From Diplonema japonicum (lineage: Eukaryota; Protista; Euglenozoa: Diplonemea): DNA of 64,000 bases. The notes under the pieces are model-generated. The model was not told the DNA's origin. It saw only the letters and a list, made by a program, of their open reading frames with translations, and ran no database searches. This document shows positions 56,622 through 64,000 of this stretch, in pieces. The stretch's first letter is position 1; the number at the start of each line of letters is the position of its first letter. Both the position numbers and the translations under genes were made by a program. Location of the stretch: NCBI GenBank assembly GCA_964019335.1, contig OZ025703.1, positions 62,001-126,000 on the forward strand, read 5' to 3'.

Positions 56622-58020
56622 GGCTCCAATTTTGTTAACTACCTGATTTTTTTTTTCTCTCTCTCTCTCTCTTTTTTATTCATTTATTATTTACACCTTT
56701 TTTTTTTGATTTTTTTTTTTTTTTTTTTTTTTGGTATGAAAAAAAAAAAAAAAGAAGTAGAAGGAACAGTGAAAGATCGAAGCATTACCAAGCATGCATG
56801 AATTTGGAGGATAAGAGAGGTAGAACAGGTACAAGTTCCCTTTTTAAAAAAAAAATGCTTGTTCGCGAGGAAAGTAGTTGCTTGCCTCTTTTTTTTTTTT
56901 TTTTTCTTTTCTTTCTTTCCAATTACACGAAACAGGCGTAATGTGACTACATTGAGGGGAATAACCTGACAGGAAATCCCCTCAATGCACATCAAACACC
57001 GATTAATCATGTTTCCCCTTCTTTCCTTTTTTTTTTTTTTTTTTCCTACTTACACATGCTCGTTTCATTTGATCCACCACAACCTTCCGATTTTCCAATT
57101 GGAGATTCCTCCCCCGGGCCACCTTGGCCTTACTCTTCCCCTGGCCCCCCCTGGTGTATCACAAAATGTGTTCTTAATAATTCTAACATAGAAAAAGAAA
57201 AAAGAATGAAAGAAACCAATATATCCCACCTCTTTCCCCCCCCCCCCATTTTTCCCTCTCTCAACTTTAAATATACACTTGAGCTGGGGAAGGTTGGCAC
57301 CACACCTTACCCGCGACAAATTTTATGGTCGTTGCTAAAAAAAACACTTCCCCCCCCTAATAATAAAAGTTGCTCACTAACTTTTTCTTTCTTTTATTTT
57401 TTTAATATCCCCCCCCCACTTTCTTCCTCTCTACACCCCCTTTCATTTCTATTCAGATCCGTAAAATGTCTAATCACCGCCAGCAAAGACGCCCATTGTT
57501 TTTTTTTTAAGGGCCGCAATGGATTTAAAAACGACCAGAGCCCAATGAGTGTCAAAATCTTTTTTTTTTTTTTTTTTTTTTTTGGTGTATTTAGCAGCCT
57601 GTGTTCGAACCTGCGACTCCTAGGGTTCTGGAAATCGGGCCTTTCCATGTGACACCCACGTCTGTGATGAAAATAAACACAGAATAGATTTAAACAAGAA
57701 AATAGTAAACACTTCAGAGAGTCGATGTATCTGACATTCCCTCAACGTCAATAGTTCTAATACCCTTACCACCTCGTCGTTCCTTCAGAAGGAGGACGAG
57801 GATGAGGAATAACCTTCCCAGTCTGTCTCTGTTTTGTCGTCAGCGGCGAGCTTCTTGATACAGACGTTCAACATCGTAATCAGCGAGGCTCTGTTCACGG
57901 GTGTACTTCTTCTTCTTCTCGCTCGCTCTTGTTCTGCAAACCCGAATTAAGAAAAAAAAAAAAAAAAGAAAAAGAAAAAAAAAACAGCACAGGAGGGTAG
58001 GGGGAGGAGGGGAAATAACA

Positions 58021-61000
58021 ATGGAACCCTTTTCGCTCCCGTCTGCTGAGGATGCAGCGGGGGAGGCTGCTATGAACATCAGCCAAACATCCTTCGGGAA
58101 GGAGATGGAGACCGACGGGGAGGCAGAGATGGAGGACGATGAGGGCGACGTGCAGGTGTACCTCCCGAGAACGGCAAGCGTGTGCAACAACGAAATGAAA
58201 CGGGTGATGAACAGGAGCATGACGGGCAGAAAGCTCAACGAATCATTCAAAAAGGCCGTGGAGGACGCCGGACCCGACCTGGAGGCCATAAAAAAACAAT
58301 TCGAAAATGGAAGAAACACCCCGGGCGCACAAAGCCACAACTACAGCGTCTCCGACGTGACAGGCGACAGCAGCAGCAACAGTTCACCAGAATCAATGCC
58401 TCATGAAGGCCCGATCCCTGAAACCCTCGCAGATGCACACGATATGATACGCCTGCAACGAGAGACCATTCAAGTAAGTTCGCGCATCGGCCTAGAAATC
58501 ACCAACAAGCTCAAAGCAGTTCAAGAAGACCATGCTACCATGACAGAGCTATGCTCGGAGCTCGAAATCGAAAACACCGACCAAAGAGAGACAATTGAAA
58601 ACTTGCAAACAGAATGCATCGTGAACGTCAAGGCCATCTCCGACTTGAAAGCACAGCTACGCCAAACAGAGTACCAGCTCGCCATCGCCATAGAGCAGGA
58701 GCAGGCCGACAAAGACGATCTCACAAAAGCGACAAAAGAGCTTGAAACAAAACTGCAGGACAAGGAAGAGGAGATGGTCCAATGGTCTCGCGAAAAGGTA
58801 GGTCTCGTGCAGCAGAAAACAACAATGGTGATGCGGGCCAGCGCGCAGAAGACAAAAATGGCGGATATTGAAAACAAGTTCAAAGAGGAATTGGAGAAGA
58901 ACGAAGCATGCCTGGCCACCATTGAAGAGCTCAAGTCGGAGGTCGAGACGCTCAACCAACAACTTCAAAAAAGCAAGGACACAACCGAGGTCATCATCAT
59001 GAAGCGCGAAAGCACGGAAAAGGCAACGACAGCAACGCACCAGACCGAGATGAAGGCGCGGGAGAAAACCATCCGCGACCTGGAAGAAAGCGGCTCCAAA
59101 ATGCACGACGATCTCACAGAACTACGGGCGACCCTCGCACAGTTGAAGGAAGAACACCACAACCTCAAGGAGTCCTCGGTGAAGTCACACAACGCCTCCA
59201 AACGGGAGATTACCGAGCTTCAAGACCAACTACAGGCCATCGAAATCGAAATGAACACCGTCGAAAAATGCGGCAAACTACTAGAAGAAGAAAAGGACCG
59301 ACAAGTGCACAGCCTACAAGACGTAGTGAAGGCGAAGGATGCAGCGCTTGACAGGGTCAAAAAAGAAGCAAGAGCGGCAGCGGCTGCCGACAGCGACAAA
59401 ATAGAAGAACTCGAAAAGAAAATGAAGAAAAAAGAGAAGGAGCGGCGCGATCTGGAGCAGCAGATGGAGGAGGCGAATAAGGAGAAATTCGACGCGCAAC
59501 TGCACGAGGCGGAGCTAACCAACGCAAAGATGCTGAAGGCGCTGAAGGATGCCGACGAGGCACGATCGGAGACCGACTTCAAGTACGCCGAACAAGTACA
59601 GCGTTTCCGGGAGCAGACCGAGAAGACAAACGACCTTCAAAGAGAGCTAGAACAGGTTAAATCTGACCTGGCACAAGCGCAGACTGACATCGAAACCTTA
59701 GAAGCCGAACTAAAGCGCACAAACAAGCATCACGACGAGGTGCTGACCGATCAGGAAGTGCAGCTCAAGCGCACAAAAGCAGCACTGGAAAAAGCAGAAT
59801 CCGAAGCCACCACCCTGCGGCAAGATCTATCTGCTGCGAAGGCCTCACACGAGACGGTGCGCACAACCTTAGCCAGCGAGGTCGGGGCCCTGAAGGATGA
59901 GGTGACCGAGAAAAAGAAAAAGATTAAAATCCTGAAAGAAGAGACGGAGATCAAGCACCAAGCGCAAGGCAAGACCATCATCGAGACAACGGAAGAGAAG
60001 AGGGAGCTGGAAAGAACTATAAAAGAACTGGAGGAGACCATCAAGAAAAACGCGGAAACCGAGGCGAAAATGCAGGCGGAGCTCAGAAAATGCCACGAGG
60101 AGTGGAACGAAACGAAAGAAGAGCTGCAGGTCCTGGGTGCAGAGACGGCTAAAGTAGCAAAGCGACTAGAAGACGAGAAGAAAGCATCGCAAAACAGCCT
60201 GGAGAAAGAAAAAGATCGGTTCGAGGCGCAACTGAAGGACGTGAGAAAGGAGCAGGATGAAGAACGGCAACGGCAAGATGACAAGGAGGCAAGACACGCT
60301 GCAACTGTCGACGGGTTGAAACACAGCGCTGCGGAATGGCAAAGGAGCGGCGAGCAGCGATGCACAGAGATACGCACGAAGTACCAGCACATGCTGGACG
60401 CCTTGGAAAGAGAGCTGTCAGGGCTGCGCGTGCAGCTGGAACGTCAAAAAGACGAGTACACCACCGCCAAGACAGAGCTCAACGCACTGCGAGGCGAGAT
60501 GCGCACATGGGAAGAAGATCGCGAGACACGCGCACGCGAGGAGCACGCCAACGGAATGGAAACGCTTAGAAAGCACCTCGTCACCCAGTCGAAGGAGCAA
60601 GCAAAGAAGGCCGCCTCTGAAATCGACCGGCTTAAAGAAACAATCGTTCAAGAGCAAGACAAGGTGGCCGCGGGGAAAGCAAAATTAGAAGAGCTGTCAA
60701 GAGCGAACGCCCGCGAGATGCACGACGAGCGGCAACGATATGAAAAACAGCTGGAAACAACCGAGGACGAGGCCAGGGAGGAGAGGAAGAAACAGAAAAC
60801 AATACATAACGAGGAAATGACGGCAGCAAAGGAAGAAGTAATGCGGCTGGAAGAGGAGAGAGAGAAGATAAGAAGAGATTTCTTGCGAAGAGAAAACGAG
60901 CTACAAAACCAACTGGAGCGGCACACGCAACAGCGTGAGGAGGAAGTCTCCTGGTCGACAAAGCAGATGAAAGCCAACGGCGACGACTACCAACAACTAA

Positions 61001-63225
61001 GCGATGCTCTGGCTGCCACGAAGCAGGACTTGGAAGAACTACAAACAAAGCTCCGATGCACAGAAAGCGAGCGTGACGAAAAGGTGGCCGCTCTCGAGAT
61101 GAGCGTGCAAGACTTCGTCCTCGAGAACACGTCCCTGAAACACATCAACACAACGCTTAAGATCAGCGTCGACAATGCGACTGTCGAATCCCGTGCGGAG
61201 CTGGAGAAAGCCTTGAAGATCAAACTGGACAGCAGAAGAGAGATCGACGAGCTGCGAGAGCTCGTCAAGGACACACGCGAAGAAAAACTAAAACTCGAAC
61301 TCAAAATCGACCAAATCATGCAAATGAAACAGAACACCACCTCAGACCTGCGAGCCACGCGACAGGAAAGCGACGCCAACGCACACAGACTCGAAGGTAT
61401 GCTACATTACAACAAAAGAAAAAAAAAAAAAGAAAAAAAACCACCAACACAGAAAGCCAAGGTGAGGTTAGGGACCTCGGAGAAAAACTGCGCGCGGCGG
61501 AAGCTAACCTTGGACGACGCGGCGAGGAGGTCAACAATCTTGAGAACGAACTGAGGGAGACGCGGAAAACCTTGAGGATGACCCAGGAGGACCTCATGAA
61601 CGCCCACAAAAAGCAAACAGAAGTTATCTCGGAGCTGAAGAACAGAGAAGACGAGAACGAACACCGATCAAGAATGCTCGAGCAGACAAGCCTGAAGCCT
61701 GTAAGGAGCGGTGCCCACGACAAGCGACTGGAGAAAGAGTACGCTGACCAGCTGTACACATTACGCGAAAAAGAGAAAGAATGCACCAGACTGAAGGCGG
61801 AATACGAATCTGAGATCAAAAAGAGAGACAGTGACCTAGAGGTGCTTCGCAGTGATATCCGGCAACTTACCAGCGACATGACAGGCGAGACAGCTGCCGG
61901 CAGGAACGTGGCACGCCGCCTTCGAGAAACAGAGGACCTATGCCAGTCACTTCGGACAGAGCGTGACATGCACCTGCAACAGCAATCCGATCTTAAGCGT
62001 GAACTCTCAAAAGTACATGGGATGCAGAAGGAGGCTGAAGCAAGCACGCAAGCAGCGCTATGCAAGGCTGCCGCGCTGGAAGTCCTGCTGGAAGACGAGA
62101 AACGGCAGCACGCCGAGAAGGTAGCCAAGGTATGAAAGCGAAACATGGCAAAAAAAGAAAGAAGAAAACACATCAACAGGAACGCGAAAAGGCAAAGAGC
62201 GAGATCTCGGAATATAAAAGACGCGCTGCCGACGCCACCGATGAGAACAGAGACCTGCAAACTGCGCTGAGGTCGAGCAAGCTGCGGCACAGCACGGAAT
62301 ACAACACAAGCAGCAGGAAGGGAACGGCAGATGTTGTCCAGCACCTACAAGGAGAGGTATCCATGACAAAAAGAAAAAAAAGGGAGAAAAAAAAAAAAAA
62401 AAGGTGTTGAAGCTGCAGACGGAGCTTGACGACAGGACCGCAGAGGCGAACAAGGAAAAGAGCAGAGCAGAGCAGTTGTACGCCGAGCTACGCGGCGTGC
62501 GGCGCGGCACCGAACTTCAAAAACTAACCTCGAGCAAATTGCGGTCGGAGCTCAGCAGCAGCGAGATCCAAAAACAATGCGCGGAACACAGCAAGGAAGC
62601 CCTCGCCAGCGAAGCTGTGAGAATGCACGAAGATCTCATGGCAAGGGCCGCAGGCGCAGAATTAAAAACCGAAGCCCACGCAAAACGAGCAGCGAAGGCA
62701 GAGGAAGCACACGGTCTTCTAGAAGAAGAGAACAAAACCCTGCAAAAGGAACTGCTCCGCCTGCGGCAGAACCTCAGCGGCGCTGCAACTGACAAGGAAA
62801 CCATAACACACATAAAAGCCAACCGAGAAGAGGTGGTACGTGACCTAGAAGGCGAGGTCAAGAGTTTAAAAGAAAAACAAGCCCGTGCCACAAACCAGCT
62901 TGAAAGGCAAAACAAGGAAATGGAATCCTTAAAGCGACAGAAGGAAGCACACAGCACCGGCGAGTCCAAAGCTGTGTCCATGCTTCGCGACACTGAGGAC
63001 CGCCTAGCCGACCTGCGTGGGAGGATCGTGGACAGCGCAGCACAATACGAGAAGGCTACCTTGGAAAGGAAGTCGTTGAAATATGAGCTAGAAGCTTCGA
63101 ATTATAGGGAAGCATCCCTTAGGACAAAACTGCACAGGGAAGGCAGTGTTGCTCTGCCTCCTCCGGGATCCCCTGCAAGAGGGGGCTCTGTGTTTTTGAG
63201 CCCTCATAGATTTTCAAGTAAGTAA
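58021..63225 (+). CDS. Very long coiled-coil protein (4 exons)
   Basis: ATG at 58021; E/K/L/Q heptads throughout. Introns 61397-61452, 62130-62179 and 62357-62403 join the ORFs in frame. Confidence 0.8.
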
Positions 63226-63237
63226 CCATGTTTGTTT

Positions 63238-63281
<44 letters not shown>

Positions 63282-64000
63282 GTGAAAAGCTAAAGGACGA
63301 ACTCCCCCATTCCCGGAAGGAGCCGGAAGAGGAAAGTGAGGTGGAGTGCTGACCTCCGGCTCACGGAACTGAAGAGAGCAGCAGTGGGGAGTTCCCACTG
63401 CTGACGTCTGGTGTTGTGCAAGAGGAAGGGCCAGAGGAAGGAACGGCAGACCTAGGACCGCATGTGCGGTGGTATTATTAGATGAGCCACAGCATTTTCT
63501 TGTCTGTTGTTGCACGGCTTCCTCCCCCTCTCCTTATTATCGCGTTTTTTTTTTTCTTTTCTCCTGGTACTTCTCTTTCTGTCCTCCTTTTTTAATGTAC
63601 AAAAAAAAAAATGTAAAGTGGGATTTAAACTACACTTTCAGCTCCTCTCTCTCCTCTCCTCTCCCTCCCCGGTTTGATACACAGTGCTTTTTTTTTTCTA
63701 TCCCCTCCCTGACAAAAAAAAATGACAAAAGAAGAAAGCGCCATCTATCCAAAAAAAAAAAAAAAAAAAAAAGAGTTTTCCCAGAAAGAGAAGTTGGAGG
63801 GAGGGGTGTGGGGCGAGTTAAGGTTTAAAAGAAAAAAAAGTGCTGAGGGGGTTAACTTCTCCCCCCTTTTTTTTTGTAAGGTGTTTGTACTCTCTTGTTC
63901 ATATGGTATGGGTTTTGTTCCTTTTTTTTTCACTTTTTTTTTTTTACAACACCCCCCTCCTTCCCCCCGCCTCATGTACTTTTTTTTTTTTTTCGTATTG

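Noticed and set aside
57595-57660. tRNA-like GGTTCGAAC (B-box) on the minus strand
   Set aside because: T-stem does not pair and no cloverleaf can be formed
57661-57735. TGATGA...CTGA box C/D snoRNA-like spacing
   Set aside because: No convincing C'/D' boxes or recognisable rRNA guide; could be chance

Overview
This is eukaryotic genomic DNA, most likely from a euglenozoan of the diplonemid type. That assignment is inferred from three things: about 24 protein genes all on the + strand, kinetoplastid-style MLRRS/MFRAT mitochondrial presequences, and xTxAP mucin-like repeats. Genes are separated by homopolymer-rich spacers as short as about 110 nt, consistent with polycistronic transcription and SL trans-splicing. 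By hand I could join fragmented ORFs through 28 short GT-AG introns (32-85 nt, one 200 nt). Their 3' ends are A/C-rich rather than polypyrimidine, and in long genes they cluster toward the 3' end. Genes include a giant mosaic GH18 chitinase-like protein, an IQ-motif protein, a HECT E3 ligase, SAC3/GANP, a LisH-CTLH-WD40 protein, an MMPL/RND transporter, HSP10, a CofD/YvcK-like protein, a PPR-like protein, reticulon, a PH-SAM protein, a circularly permuted (type III) metacaspase, a pseudo-ART membrane protein, a chromo-RING protein, a BRCT protein, three tandem ADF/cofilins, a kinesin-3-like motor and a long coiled-coil protein. Non-coding highlights are a tandemly duplicated structured element with compensatory stem changes (5.6-8.8 kb), two Crypton-like palindrome-ended elements (one carrying a frameshifted tyrosine-recombinase remnant), and a dispersed 320-bp repeat in two copies. 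All domain calls are by eye, without database searches.
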